In this document: in pieces, positions 9,428 through 19,480 of the stretch
Numbering within the stretch: position 1 is the stretch's first letter
Layout: each line of letters starts with the position of its first letter
Virus record (IMG/VR): IMGVR_UViG_3300035698_035275
Coordinates: 2,843 to 66,842 of that record
DNA: 64,000 nt
Direction: 5' to 3' (one strand)
From: a virus
Translations under genes and position numbers: made by a program
The notes under the pieces: generated by a model
Told to the model about the DNA's origin: nothing
Databases searched by the model: none
Seen by the model: only the letters and a program-made list of their open reading frames with translations

Positions 9428-9781
9428 GTGGCAACTTTAAACACCCTGGACAGACGAGCACTGAGTGGAAGCGGCGCTGCCGAACCACATGCCAAGTCTC
9501 TTCTGGACAGCATCGATGCAATCATCGGGGAAGTGAACGCCAGACGTACAAAGGTACTCGGTCCCTACACTGCTGACGGGCTGGAACAGTCCATAGAGCA
9601 CGGACTTGGTAGAATACCGACCGGCGTAGCTCCCTGCATCGTATACAATCCCGATAGCAATTATGCGGCAGGCTCCGAGGCGTTCAGCCTTGCACTTGGC
9701 ACGCATACTGCTACTCATGTGAAGGTGACGTCTACTTCAGGCATCCAGTATTATCTGGTTGTTACTGGGGAGACGGCATAG
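9428..9781 (+). CDS. Putative virion protein (head fibre/decoration)
   Basis: AAGGAGG RBS, GTG start; HGLGRIP motif common in fibre-type modules. Confidence 0.5.
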   Translation: MATLNTLDRRALSGSGAAEPHAKSLLDSIDAIIGEVNARRTKVLGPYTADGLEQSIEHGLGRIPTGVAPCIVYNPDSNYAAGSEAFSLALGTHTATHVKVTSTSGIQYYLVVTGETA

Positions 9782-9797
9782 TATGGACGATCACACT

Positions 9798-9836
9798 TGC
9801 GGTCTGGGGATCATAGATATCGGCCCCCAGGCCGCA
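9798..9836 (+). promoter_or_regulatory. GC-rich RNA hairpin just upstream of the glycosyltransferase RBS
   Basis: TGCGGTCTGGGG (9798-9809) pairs with CCCCAGGCCGCA (9825-9836), one G-U. Confidence 0.55.
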
Positions 9837-9852
9837 TGATGGAGTTATTACA

Positions 9853-11859
9853 GTGAGGAAAAGGGCTAGCACAGAAATAATAAAGTCGGAGATAACGATT
9901 GTGTGTGCAGTGCACGATCCGGGTTGTCTTCCCGTGCTGGCCAAGTCGGTAGCGTCTATATTTGATTCCGGAATAAGAAATATCGTAGTGGTTGATTCCG
10001 GCAACAACGAGCCACACATAGTAGATATACTGCGCTCGGTGCCGTGGAAGACAGCTCATTATTACGGGGTGTCAGGCGGCAAGTTAGGATTTTCCAGGTC
10101 TAAACTAATCAATTACGGTGTAGCCAGAGTGAGCACCAGGTTCATTATGGTTTCTAACGCCGATAACATACTAGTTCCACAATTAATAAATAGTGTATGC
10201 GAGACGCTAGCGCGTGCAGCGTCGTCTATGGTCGTTATACCAGTTAGGTATGTGTCCGCCACGGATACTGAGTCGTTTATGTCGAAGGAGTGCAGGGCTA
10301 CCGAGTTACCAGCAATGATCACCAAATCGGACGATTCCATACCCGACTCGGGGGAGCCGATGGTATCCCCGTCATCCCCGTTTGTATGTGGGAGATACGA
10401 TTACTGCTCATCTGGGGGGTTTGACTGTACACTGGGCAGCGTCTCATTCGAGATGGAAGACCTCAAGGGTCGGTGGAAACAGCAGGGCAGAGATATAGTA
10501 TATGCCGATGGGTACTCACATCATTTGTACCACGCTGAGAGAGAGCACGTTAACAACACGAAGGCTGCGGCTGTTGGCACTGATGATGTTGTACAGTTTT
10601 CATATTCAGCAGTGGAAGGCGTGTCCTTTGTAGACTGTGCCATCAAACCGGTGGCCACGGTTATCGTAAAGAAGAATATACTGATATGCGGTGAGACTCT
10701 GGGGCTAGGTGGCGCTGAGAAGATGACGGTAGACATAGCTAATTCCCTAAACAGGTCCGGTCGTTTCAACGTCGAGGTAGTGCTAACCGTATCACGTAAT
10801 GGCATATTCAAGGATAGGCTCGACGGCGGTATACCGGTTAGCCTGGTTACATCTACGAAGGGCCTGACAGACATCGTATGCGAGCACAAGCCAGATGCCG
10901 TACTTGTTAACAACTGCAGAATCGCAACGCAGTGCATTAGAGACATAACCAACAGGCACAAACCCGACTACATAGGTGTGCTGTTACACGGGTTTAATGA
11001 GTGGACTATGAGAATGGTCCCAGACGAATTAGATGACGTGATAACCGACATCGTGACAATATCCCATGAGGCGGCTGGTGGAATAATAGGTAAGAAGCCA
11101 GCGTATAAGGGAAGACTGGCGGTATTCGAAAATTACGTAGATACCGACATATTTACGAAGAGCAGCGGAGCACGTACGATCTTTAATAAGTACGGGTGGC
11201 CGGACGACTCATTCGTATTCAGCTATATGGGCAGGCTCTCCGGAGAGAAATCATTAGTGCCGCTGGTAGAAACTTTTAAACGTGTGTTAACTAGAAACAA
11301 AAAAGCCAGACTGTTAATGATAGGCGGTTCAGATCCTGGTGTTCAGTCGTATAAGGGGTACTGGGACTCTAATATTAGGGTTATTACTGACTACATTAAG
11401 CAAATAGGGGTGGAGCAGGAAGTAAAAATAACCGGAGTCGTCAAGGACCCGTGGACGTACCTAAATGAGACAGATGTGCTCGTTATGTCGTCGCAATTTG
11501 AGGGAGTCCCACTAGCACTGTTAGAGGCTATGTCGTGCGAGGTGCCGTTTATTTCAACGGACGTAGGTAGCGTCTCCAGGTTCTCTAACGCTGGAGCCGG
11601 TGTGGTAGTGAAGAAGGTCGGACCGGATATGAATGACGGGGAAAGGTCGGAGTTCGCAGGTCACATGCTATCGGCTATGCGTAATCAGCCACGCGGGATA
11701 GCAATGGGTAAGGTTGGTAGGGAATACATAGAGAGGTTTCACAGCCTTAACGAATATAGTAGCAAAATATCTAGGTATTTTTGTAATGCAGTGTCTGGTG
11801 ACGGTACGACTAATAGTGATCGTGCCTGTGATAGAATAGTGGATCCAATAGTAATCTGA
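9853..11859 (+). CDS. Bifunctional glycosyltransferase (N-terminal GT2-like, C-terminal GT4/GT-B)
   Basis: VVVDSG, SRSKLINYG, GGFD..ED (GT-A); GLGGAEK, MGRLSGEK, FEGVPLALLEAM (EX7E of GT4). Confidence 0.85.
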   Translation: MRKRASTEIIKSEITIVCAVHDPGCLPVLAKSVASIFDSGIRNIVVVDSGNNEPHIVDILRSVPWKTAHYYGVSGGKLGFSRSKLINYGVARVSTRFIMVSNADNILVPQLINSVCETLARAASSMVVIPVRYVSATDTESFMSKECRATELPAMITKSDDSIPDSGEPMVSPSSPFVCGRYDYCSSGGFDCTLGSVSFEMEDLKGRWKQQGRDIVYADGYSHHLYHAEREHVNNTKAAAVGTDDVVQFSYSAVEGVSFVDCAIKPVATVIVKKNILICGETLGLGGAEKMTVDIANSLNRSGRFNVEVVLTVSRNGIFKDRLDGGIPVSLVTSTKGLTDIVCEHKPDAVLVNNCRIATQCIRDITNRHKPDYIGVLLHGFNEWTMRMVPDELDDVITDIVTISHEAAGGIIGKKPAYKGRLAVFENYVDTDIFTKSSGARTIFNKYGWPDDSFVFSYMGRLSGEKSLVPLVETFKRVLTRNKKARLLMIGGSDPGVQSYKGYWDSNIRVITDYIKQIGVEQEVKITGVVKDPWTYLNETDVLVMSSQFEGVPLALLEAMSCEVPFISTDVGSVSRFSNAGAGVVVKKVGPDMNDGERSEFAGHMLSAMRNQPRGIAMGKVGREYIERFHSLNEYSSKISRYFCNAVSGDGTTNSDRACDRIVDPIVI

Positions 11860-11874
11860 ACGAGAGGACCTAAA

Positions 11875-12477
11875 ATGTCAAAGTTAGTAAGAATCAAACC
11901 CGTAAACAAGAAATCCGGCAATATGGTGCGCAGATACGGAGCATTCGGCCACGTGTTTGACGTTGAAGACGGGTGGTATATGGTGGATGACGATGTTGCC
12001 GGTAGACTGGTGCTGAAGACGACAGACCCCCATGACTCCATGACCTCCACCGTGTTTGATGTGGTGGACTCCAAGGATGAAGCCGTCCAGTTAGAGGCTG
12101 TAGATAGGGCGAGAAAACTGCAGGAAGCCAGACAGCAGGATTACCGGGGTTCCAGAGACTCCATTCTGCTATCCAAGGACGGCGAAAGACTGACTCAATC
12201 GATTCCAGACGTAGCACCGGAGACAGTGACCAGGAATATTAGAAACGTGGGATCCCTGGATGACATCGTGGATTCCGAGGATCTGGATGATGAAGAGGAC
12301 GACATCGACGACGATGAAGAGATTGATATGGTGGCAGAGGCAGAGGCAGAACGCAGGGCTGATAGCCCCAAAGCTCTGAAGACAAACGGAGCAAAAAAAG
12401 CCGCTGCACCTCCTACGAAGAAGGTGGCTGGCAAAGGCAAGGGCAAAAAGGCCGCTAGCAAAAAGTCCGCATTATGA
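11875..12477 (+). CDS. Hypothetical protein with acidic tract and Lys/Ala-rich tail
   Basis: GAGG RBS; 200-aa ORF in head-neck region. Confidence 0.65.
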   Translation: MSKLVRIKPVNKKSGNMVRRYGAFGHVFDVEDGWYMVDDDVAGRLVLKTTDPHDSMTSTVFDVVDSKDEAVQLEAVDRARKLQEARQQDYRGSRDSILLSKDGERLTQSIPDVAPETVTRNIRNVGSLDDIVDSEDLDDEEDDIDDDEEIDMVAEAEAERRADSPKALKTNGAKKAAAPPTKKVAGKGKGKKAASKKSAL

Positions 12478-12782
12478 GCGATAATAACACCAATAACGGT
12501 GATAACAGAGCTGCTATAATCGGGAAAGTAGCCCTTCCAGAAAGTGGCGAGTCTAGAAGGACATCCGATATAGGGCTGGCAGCGTTCGCCAAAACCAGGG
12601 GGCTAACTCTCAAGGCTGTTAAGAGGGTGCCTGGTAGGGGTAGAAATGAAATGCAGTTCACGCTAGACGATCCGAACAAAATATTCGATAGCATAATACT
12701 GGACTGGGTTAACTCCCCCGAGAAGAAATTCGATGACGAAATCAGAAGCTTAAAGAAGCTGATGTCAAGGTACGAGGCGTAG
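12474..12782 (+). CDS. Small phage protein (DUF5659-like)
   Basis: TSDIGLAAF motif; start overlaps upstream stop. Confidence 0.5.
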   Translation: MSDNNTNNGDNRAAIIGKVALPESGESRRTSDIGLAAFAKTRGLTLKAVKRVPGRGRNEMQFTLDDPNKIFDSIILDWVNSPEKKFDDEIRSLKKLMSRYEA

Positions 12783-12783
12783 T

Positions 12784-13143
12784 ATGGCACCTATGAACGA
12801 AAAGCAGATGATGTCACTGGCAATGAAGCTGGTATTTGTTGAGGGTAGTATGACCGCAATAAATAATATAAAGAAGGCCCCCAGTGACATCATAAAGGCG
12901 GTGGTGAATAAACACGTACCTAACGCAAGCGATGAGTCTGTGGCACTGGTGCAGGCGTCTATAATCGGCATGTGTGACTCGTACCTTGCTAGCACGCTTC
13001 AAGAGGCAAAAAAGATGGCCGACGGGTATAAAGAAGTCATTACCGATGACACATCTATGGAGCGCACACTAAAAAGAATATCTGAAATGCTGGGCGGTAA
13101 AAGCGATGATATCTCTGTACAGGAATCAAATAGTAGGGGCTGA
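12784..13143 (+). CDS. Hypothetical protein
   Basis: Tightly packed 119-aa helical ORF. Confidence 0.55.
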   Translation: MAPMNEKQMMSLAMKLVFVEGSMTAINNIKKAPSDIIKAVVNKHVPNASDESVALVQASIIGMCDSYLASTLQEAKKMADGYKEVITDDTSMERTLKRISEMLGGKSDDISVQESNSRG

Positions 13144-14116
13144 TGATCCGGCTCTTGTTTGGTATTTCACCGATGGATCTACCGGTCTGCTGGCTGACCC
13201 CGATAGCATGGACTATCGGATAGTAGTACTAAACGATCCATTAGAGCAGGTCCTACCAGAGGTTGAGATGTGGCAGGAACTGGATATTGACGCTAATAAG
13301 CTCAGTATCGGCAGGTATGTGCTCCCGTGGTCGGTGCCGAGCGATGCAGACATTGACTATGCGTACAGGGTGTATGTTAGGTGGGTGATGGGGGGAGTCA
13401 CTAAGACAGCGTGGCAGGATATTGGGGTTAATGACATGGACTACGGGCTTAGCAATGAATGCTGTTGCCTGATGTGTGACTTAACGCTATCCGGGATAGA
13501 CCTTTCGAGCATACGTAATAAGATGAGGGCAGCTTCTCTAATACAACGGATGTCCCAGTACATTAGAAACATTACCGATAGATCGTTTCACCCCGAGTAT
13601 AAGACCATCAAGCTGGACTCTATCAGCAACGACACGTTGATGTTGAGGGAGCCAATAATTGGGATAGAAAGCATGGTATTGCCGGAGCTGCTCGATTTCG
13701 AGGTTGACGCTGGATCAATGGCGATATACTCAAGACACCTAACTGACAATCTCAAGGATCCGGATGATAGAGACGTCCCTATGATTTACATGGAGAATGG
13801 CATACGTGGCGGGTCACAGAATATCGAACTTACCGGGGTATTTGGTTACACAGACCCGGACGGCACCTGCTTCGGGAAGGTCCCAGACTTAATAAGGGAT
13901 GCGTGCGTGCAGTTAGTATGGAGGGATATGCCGGGGCTAATGGATCAGTCCGAGCAAAACGATAGGAGAAGGGAAGGGTTTATTACGTCCGAGAAGACCA
14001 GTACACAGAGCTATACTATGGATTCGTCGGTGGTGCCATCTGGTGTCACCGGAATAGGGGATGTAGATACAATACTGAGTATGTATTGCGCTCCATTCTC
14101 AGTGAGTGTAGCATGA
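13106..14116 (+). CDS. Head-tail adaptor (gp6/gp15-like) with N-terminal Ig-like domain
   Basis: GVFGYT..VPDLIRDACVQL..SEKT..SYT..VDTIL..Y pattern of adaptors; position. Confidence 0.65.
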   Translation: MISLYRNQIVGADDPALVWYFTDGSTGLLADPDSMDYRIVVLNDPLEQVLPEVEMWQELDIDANKLSIGRYVLPWSVPSDADIDYAYRVYVRWVMGGVTKTAWQDIGVNDMDYGLSNECCCLMCDLTLSGIDLSSIRNKMRAASLIQRMSQYIRNITDRSFHPEYKTIKLDSISNDTLMLREPIIGIESMVLPELLDFEVDAGSMAIYSRHLTDNLKDPDDRDVPMIYMENGIRGGSQNIELTGVFGYTDPDGTCFGKVPDLIRDACVQLVWRDMPGLMDQSEQNDRRREGFITSEKTSTQSYTMDSSVVPSGVTGIGDVDTILSMYCAPFSVSVA

Positions 14117-14637
14117 GAGGGAGGCTAATAAACAAAATGTATGCTATGATAGCTAGGCTAGACACCGATACCACAGCAAAGGTGGAATTGGATAATGGTA
14201 GAACCGGCTATGACGACGTGTTTAGGGAAGTCGAGAAGAAATCAGACCCAGACGGCGGCGCTGTTGGTGAATCGGTACGTGCGGAAATGGAGCTAATATC
14301 TATTCCCTGTCAGGTGGAGCCGCTGACGTGGAGGGAGACGCAGGTAACACCAGGCGGAGATAACCCAGCCTCTGCTATTAAGCTGATAACGCATATGCGG
14401 TACCTGGAGAGTGACGGTCTGATAAGGGATGATGGCTTGCCTAGTCTTAGGAAGGGTGATAGGCTGGACAGAATAATGAACAAGCATAATAAGACTGTAC
14501 AGCAATTTGATGGCCACCCGACTGGAATGTATTTATACTCAATAACACCGAGCAGCCACGGGCTTAATATGGCAGACCCTAAAGTTAATCTGGTAATTTT
14601 AATATTCACTAATAGGCAACAGGGAATATCGGCGTAA
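14113..14637 (+). CDS. Head closure / head-tail joining protein
   Basis: Coupled to adaptor; GYDDVFRE, PCQVE motifs; position. Confidence 0.55.
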   Translation: MRGRLINKMYAMIARLDTDTTAKVELDNGRTGYDDVFREVEKKSDPDGGAVGESVRAEMELISIPCQVEPLTWRETQVTPGGDNPASAIKLITHMRYLESDGLIRDDGLPSLRKGDRLDRIMNKHNKTVQQFDGHPTGMYLYSITPSSHGLNMADPKVNLVILIFTNRQQGISA

Positions 14638-15257
14638 TGGCTAGTAAGACTCTAATAGGGCATTGGAAAGATGCCAATAACCTGCTGGGTGAGTTCAGCA
14701 GTCGTCTACACAAGGCCACAGAGGTAGCTATGAAGAGTACCGCCATTAACTTAGAGGGAACAATAAAGAAGGGAATACGTGATCAAGCGCCTGGTGGGGT
14801 CAAGTTTAAGGCACCGTCTAAGATGACGCTAGCTAGCAGAGAATTCAGCGGCAAAAAGGGAAGAACCAAGGCGCTGATAGTGGACAGTGACCTATTGAAT
14901 TCCATAACACATAAGGCCGACGCCGACAGTGCATTTGTAGGGATAAAGAGGAGCGCACGCAGTAAAAAGGGTGATGGAAAGAAGATGATAAATATAGCCG
15001 AAATACAAGAAAAGGGTTTCGGACCAATAGTCATCCCATTCACCCCGAAAGCGAAAAGATACCTGTTTGCAATGATGAAGGCAACTGGTATGGCGGTAAA
15101 AGCGAAAAGCGTGAGCACTGGTACAGGCAAAAACGTGATAATTGTATACATTCCCCCGAGGTCCTATTTGGTGTCAACATTTAAGAAGTGGAAGAATACA
15201 GCTCCGGACGAGTTCAGGGCCAAAATTGCTAAGGTAATGGAGGACTACGGAAATTAA
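14637..15257 (+). CDS. Neck/tail-completion (virion morphogenesis) protein
   Basis: KALIVDSDLLNSI, IAEIQEKG, IPPRSYL motifs of HK97 gp10/Mu gpG-type proteins. Confidence 0.7.
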   Translation: MASKTLIGHWKDANNLLGEFSSRLHKATEVAMKSTAINLEGTIKKGIRDQAPGGVKFKAPSKMTLASREFSGKKGRTKALIVDSDLLNSITHKADADSAFVGIKRSARSKKGDGKKMINIAEIQEKGFGPIVIPFTPKAKRYLFAMMKATGMAVKAKSVSTGTGKNVIIVYIPPRSYLVSTFKKWKNTAPDEFRAKIAKVMEDYGN

Positions 15258-16273
15258 TGACTATTCCGGCAATAAATAGCATGGGACCAACAGCGGGAAG
15301 ATCGGTAGGCGCATACACCACCTATATACTCGGGTCCGGGTTCAGGCAGACGCCAGATGTGGACTCGGAGTTTTACATCGACATAGGCGGGGTGGTAGTA
15401 GTGGATTGGCCGGAAACCGTAAAAGTGGAGGTAAACGGGGTAGCAGCGGATAGCGTGGAGGTACTCAGTGCCACCGTTATAAAGTTCAATATGCCAGCAT
15501 ATAACGGGGATCCGAAATCGCTACCGGCAACGGTGGATGTTGTAGTATCGAATCTTGACAGTGACGAGGTAGTAATTGCAGGCGAGACGGTGACAGCAAC
15601 GGAGATATTCACGTACAAGCAAAAGGACCTTACTAGTAGATCTCATTTGCTGGGGGTCATAGCGTCCCTGGTACTGTCCTTAAGGAACGGTATAATACCG
15701 AATGTATCGATGACTCAGGATGTGGATTGGACATCGATGCCAACCAGTGAGGACAGGCCAGACAGCGATGCCGAATTACCAGCAATATATGTATTAGGAC
15801 CAAGGTTGCAAGACTACAAAGAGGATAAGTCACTGCAAGAGGATAATATACTAGTGGAGTCGGAAGACTCGGAGGACGAATACAAGCATAGAAAAGACCC
15901 GGTGACTGCTAACTGTGTATTTACGATAATGGGCGTGTCCAATAATAAGTCCGAGTCTATAAATATGGCGCAGGCGTTTATAGAGTGGTCGCAGGCCATA
16001 AAGGAAATAAGGGCATACAGAAACCCGAATAACCTGGAGTCAGAGGCACTACAATATAGTATGGGCTTAACACCGGACGGACAGCCTGATTTTAGTAGCC
16101 GGTCTGGACTCCATCAGTGGGCTGCATCGATAATTATAGACGGTGTGCAAATGACACCTGAAGAGCACTTGATAGTCGATGAGGGATACACCGTGTACGA
16201 CGGGACAGAGCTTGAATGGGCTATGGGTCTTCCGTTTGCATGGCTGACAACTACAAGAAAAGAAAATGACTAA
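15257..16273 (+). CDS. Tail terminator-like protein with N-terminal IPT/TIG domain
   Basis: PAINSMGPTAG..G..YILGSGF (IPT/TIG start); ELPAIYVLGP; precedes sheath. Confidence 0.55.
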   Translation: MTIPAINSMGPTAGRSVGAYTTYILGSGFRQTPDVDSEFYIDIGGVVVVDWPETVKVEVNGVAADSVEVLSATVIKFNMPAYNGDPKSLPATVDVVVSNLDSDEVVIAGETVTATEIFTYKQKDLTSRSHLLGVIASLVLSLRNGIIPNVSMTQDVDWTSMPTSEDRPDSDAELPAIYVLGPRLQDYKEDKSLQEDNILVESEDSEDEYKHRKDPVTANCVFTIMGVSNNKSESINMAQAFIEWSQAIKEIRAYRNPNNLESEALQYSMGLTPDGQPDFSSRSGLHQWAASIIIDGVQMTPEEHLIVDEGYTVYDGTELEWAMGLPFAWLTTTRKEND

Positions 16274-16286
16274 GGAGGAAAGCGCA

Positions 16287-16655
16287 ATGGCCAATATATG
16301 TATGAAGAACGACGGGAAATCACCAATTACCGTAACACTCCTGCATGACACATACTGCAGGCTGTCCGGTAAGTGCGTGTGTGAGCGCAGGTCGGTAAGG
16401 GGTAGTAAGAGGAAAAAAGATGGATCCGTGGCTACTACTGTCAAAGATAAGAGAATGCCGCATGTGATAATGCTGGCAGTCGGGGAGAAATCGTGTGGAC
16501 TGCACGAGTCGGCTAGAACACTGCCAGACGCTATGAGGGCCATTGAACACGGGCTTAAGATACAAGATGATAAGGGTAACAACAAGGACAATGCCTCAGC
16601 AAAGCAGGGGGTATCAACTAAGCGGTTACATACAGGCACTGGCAAGAAGAAATAA
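16287..16655 (+). CDS. Hypothetical basic protein
   Basis: AAGGAGG RBS before ATG 16287; H..C..C.C cluster. Confidence 0.55.
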   Translation: MANICMKNDGKSPITVTLLHDTYCRLSGKCVCERRSVRGSKRKKDGSVATTVKDKRMPHVIMLAVGEKSCGLHESARTLPDAMRAIEHGLKIQDDKGNNKDNASAKQGVSTKRLHTGTGKKK

Positions 16656-16682
16656 TAGCCATACCAAATAGGGAGGTTTAAG

Positions 16683-18944
16683 ATGGGTCAATTGTTATCG
16701 TCAAAATGGGTCGTGAAAAGGCAACCGCCGAGAGTCACGAATATACCATCAGAGGCAACGGCTGTCACTGCTAACATAGGAGTCACCGAAAGAGGGCCAA
16801 TCGGAATCGATACCCTGGTGACATCATGGGAGGAGTTCTACAGGAAATTCGGCGGAATAACGGCAAATGCGGACGCGTCGATGCAGGCGTACTTGTTCTT
16901 CGAGGAGGGCGGTCAGATGTTGCATGTCACCAGGACATGCCACTATTCGAATATTGACTCAGCGGCCACATACGCGGCCACGAAAGGCACCGCTAATCTC
17001 AGCACAGGCGCTGTATCTCCATCGACCGGAAGTATTGACACTACGGAGTCGGCACCGTTCAACCTGTCCAATGGTGACACGCTGCTGATCGAAGCAATCA
17101 ATGATGGGGTGTCGTCCGGTGATTTGACCACCACCTTTACAGGTACGGCGGCACAGGTCGAGTCTGCTGCAGAAATGTACGCACTAGCTGACGGGCAGAC
17201 GTTAACCCTAAAGGTGGACAAGGGACCGGAGCAGTCCTTATCGTTCTTGACGGCTGAATTCGTTGACATAACAACTGCTACCGCTAAGGAGGTGGCAGCG
17301 GTTATCGGTGCAAAGGCTACCGGTATCAGGGTGACATCAGACAGCAGCAAGGTGCAAGTAATAAGCGATGTTGCTGGTTCGTCCTCGTATGTGGAAATAA
17401 CCGGTGGTACTGCAAATGCCGTACTGGGGTTCTCCACTAGTGAACAGGCTGGCACCGGAAATGTAGAAGACCTGGCGAATGTCACGGTGGACGAGCTATA
17501 CGGCTTGTTAACAACTGCATTAGGCGTGAATGCCGATGTATCGAAGACTGTCACGGTTGTGACAATAGCCAGCATCGGCACCGGGGCTGACTCATCCATA
17601 CAGGTTAAGGCGGTATCGACGGCTGATACTAAGATTGGCTTGACTAATGCTGTCTATTCCGGGTCTGACGGCGGCACAGCCGTAACACTGCGGATAGACG
17701 GCAAGACAGAAGGAAGCTACACGGACGATGTACAAATAGCTGTAGAGGCAGCATCATCCGGCGTAAGCTCCGAGTTCAACCTATCGATCATAGTAGGCGG
17801 ATATGTTGAAGAGTCATTCCCCAATCTGACTATGGACTCAGACAACGACAGATATATCGAAACGGTTATCAACCATACGGCAATCGGGTCCGACTATATA
17901 GCCGGTGTTGACATGAGCGCGGCTGGGTCGGTGCTGCAACGTAGACCCACCAACGGATCATCGTTTGGTCCTCTCACTGGTGGCGGTGACGGTCTGTCCA
18001 GTCTGTCGGCCACTGACTTTATCGGGTCATCGGTAGCCAGGAATGGAATGCATTCACTGGAGCGCGTGAACTCGGTAGACCTGCTGATTATTCCGAATTA
18101 CAGCAGCGTCTCTGCAGTGGCTAACGCTATGATACAGTATTGCGAGATAGATAAAAGCAGCATGATGTTCTGCATTATCGATCCGCCTGCTAGCAAGACA
18201 GCCGTAGAAATGGTCACATGGCTGGAGGACGAAGCGCAGATTTATGGCGAGTCAGAACAGGCCGCTACATACTGGCCTCGCATACGAGTCAGCAACAAGT
18301 GGGAGAGCGTGTATGGCTCCGATGACACCGTGGTGGTTTCCCCGTCTGGTGCCATAGCGGGCCTATATGCCAGAAATGACGCATCGGGGCCTGGTGGCAT
18401 CTACAAGACGCCTGCCGGTTCAGACGCACAGGGACAGCTTTATACCGCTGTCGGATTTGAAGGCGATGAGGACGAGCCGCACGAAGTGGAAGATGAGAAA
18501 AAGCGTGATATTATCTTCCCGAAACGCATAAATCCGATACGGCGTGATAGCGGTCCTATATACCTGGACGGTGCCAGATGCTTGAAGGGTGATGGCCCGT
18601 TCCCGTTTGTGCAGCAGTCCAGAGGCACTATAAAAATATCCAGGGAGATGACGAACGGCCTTGACTGGGTGCGCCACAAGAGAAATTCCAAGTCGTTAAG
18701 GAATAGAGTACAACGCGCGGCCATCAAATATCTGAATAGTCAGACTGCCGTCAACGCATTCGCATCAAAAGACCCTGATAAGGCGTACTTCTTGGACGTT
18801 AGCGAGCAATTAAACACCCCGTCAGTGCAGGCGTCTGGTCAATTGCTGGTCAGAGTAGGTCTGGCATACGAAGACCCCATTGAATGGGGCGTACTGATGA
18901 TTACCAAGGACACCCGGAAGCTCGAAGACGAGCTGGGATTATAA
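16683..18944 (+). CDS. Contractile tail sheath protein with inserted accessory domains
   Basis: GVTERGPI..VTSWEEF..FG, YWPRI, SPSGAIAGLYARND, INPIR, GAR sheath motifs. Confidence 0.92.
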   Translation: MGQLLSSKWVVKRQPPRVTNIPSEATAVTANIGVTERGPIGIDTLVTSWEEFYRKFGGITANADASMQAYLFFEEGGQMLHVTRTCHYSNIDSAATYAATKGTANLSTGAVSPSTGSIDTTESAPFNLSNGDTLLIEAINDGVSSGDLTTTFTGTAAQVESAAEMYALADGQTLTLKVDKGPEQSLSFLTAEFVDITTATAKEVAAVIGAKATGIRVTSDSSKVQVISDVAGSSSYVEITGGTANAVLGFSTSEQAGTGNVEDLANVTVDELYGLLTTALGVNADVSKTVTVVTIASIGTGADSSIQVKAVSTADTKIGLTNAVYSGSDGGTAVTLRIDGKTEGSYTDDVQIAVEAASSGVSSEFNLSIIVGGYVEESFPNLTMDSDNDRYIETVINHTAIGSDYIAGVDMSAAGSVLQRRPTNGSSFGPLTGGGDGLSSLSATDFIGSSVARNGMHSLERVNSVDLLIIPNYSSVSAVANAMIQYCEIDKSSMMFCIIDPPASKTAVEMVTWLEDEAQIYGESEQAATYWPRIRVSNKWESVYGSDDTVVVSPSGAIAGLYARNDASGPGGIYKTPAGSDAQGQLYTAVGFEGDEDEPHEVEDEKKRDIIFPKRINPIRRDSGPIYLDGARCLKGDGPFPFVQQSRGTIKISREMTNGLDWVRHKRNSKSLRNRVQRAAIKYLNSQTAVNAFASKDPDKAYFLDVSEQLNTPSVQASGQLLVRVGLAYEDPIEWGVLMITKDTRKLEDELGL

Positions 18945-18964
18945 GCTGAAAGGAAAATATTGAT

Positions 18965-19447
18965 ATGGCCAGCAAATTCAGTCACAAATATTTATTTCGT
19001 ATTGAGATAGACGGGGTGGAAAGGGCGGTGTTTGAAACCTGCTCGGATCTAGCCGGAGAGGTGGAGGACGTCGTATTCTCGCCAGCGGGATCACTAAGAG
19101 ATCACAGTGAGCCTGGAAAGGTGAAGTTCGACGATATAACCCTTACAGCGGGCAAAACCAACAGCTTAGAGCTGTACAACCTGTGGGAGGAGACGGTAAA
19201 AGCCGACGCTGGCATGGATGATGACACTATCGAAGTTGGTGGTGGAACCGGCAGTGACGACACCGAGATGCATTTTGATATCGTCGAGCTGAACAGATCG
19301 GGATCGGAGAAGGCTAGGAATCGAGTAGTCACCGACTACGTTAAAAGATACGTGCATGGCTCATGGGATTCCAAGGCCAATGAGGTAGTCGTACAGAGCA
19401 TTACATTCAAAACCCAGCAGTGGAAACCAGTATCCAAATCGGCCTAA
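18965..19447 (+). CDS. Tail tube protein (T4 gp19-like)
   Basis: FRIEIDG..FETCSDL..PGKVKFDDITLTAG..LYNLW; follows sheath. Confidence 0.88.
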   Translation: MASKFSHKYLFRIEIDGVERAVFETCSDLAGEVEDVVFSPAGSLRDHSEPGKVKFDDITLTAGKTNSLELYNLWEETVKADAGMDDDTIEVGGGTGSDDTEMHFDIVELNRSGSEKARNRVVTDYVKRYVHGSWDSKANEVVVQSITFKTQQWKPVSKSA

Positions 19448-19480
19448 ATAGCCAACGAGTAATAGAGAGGGCATAATAAA

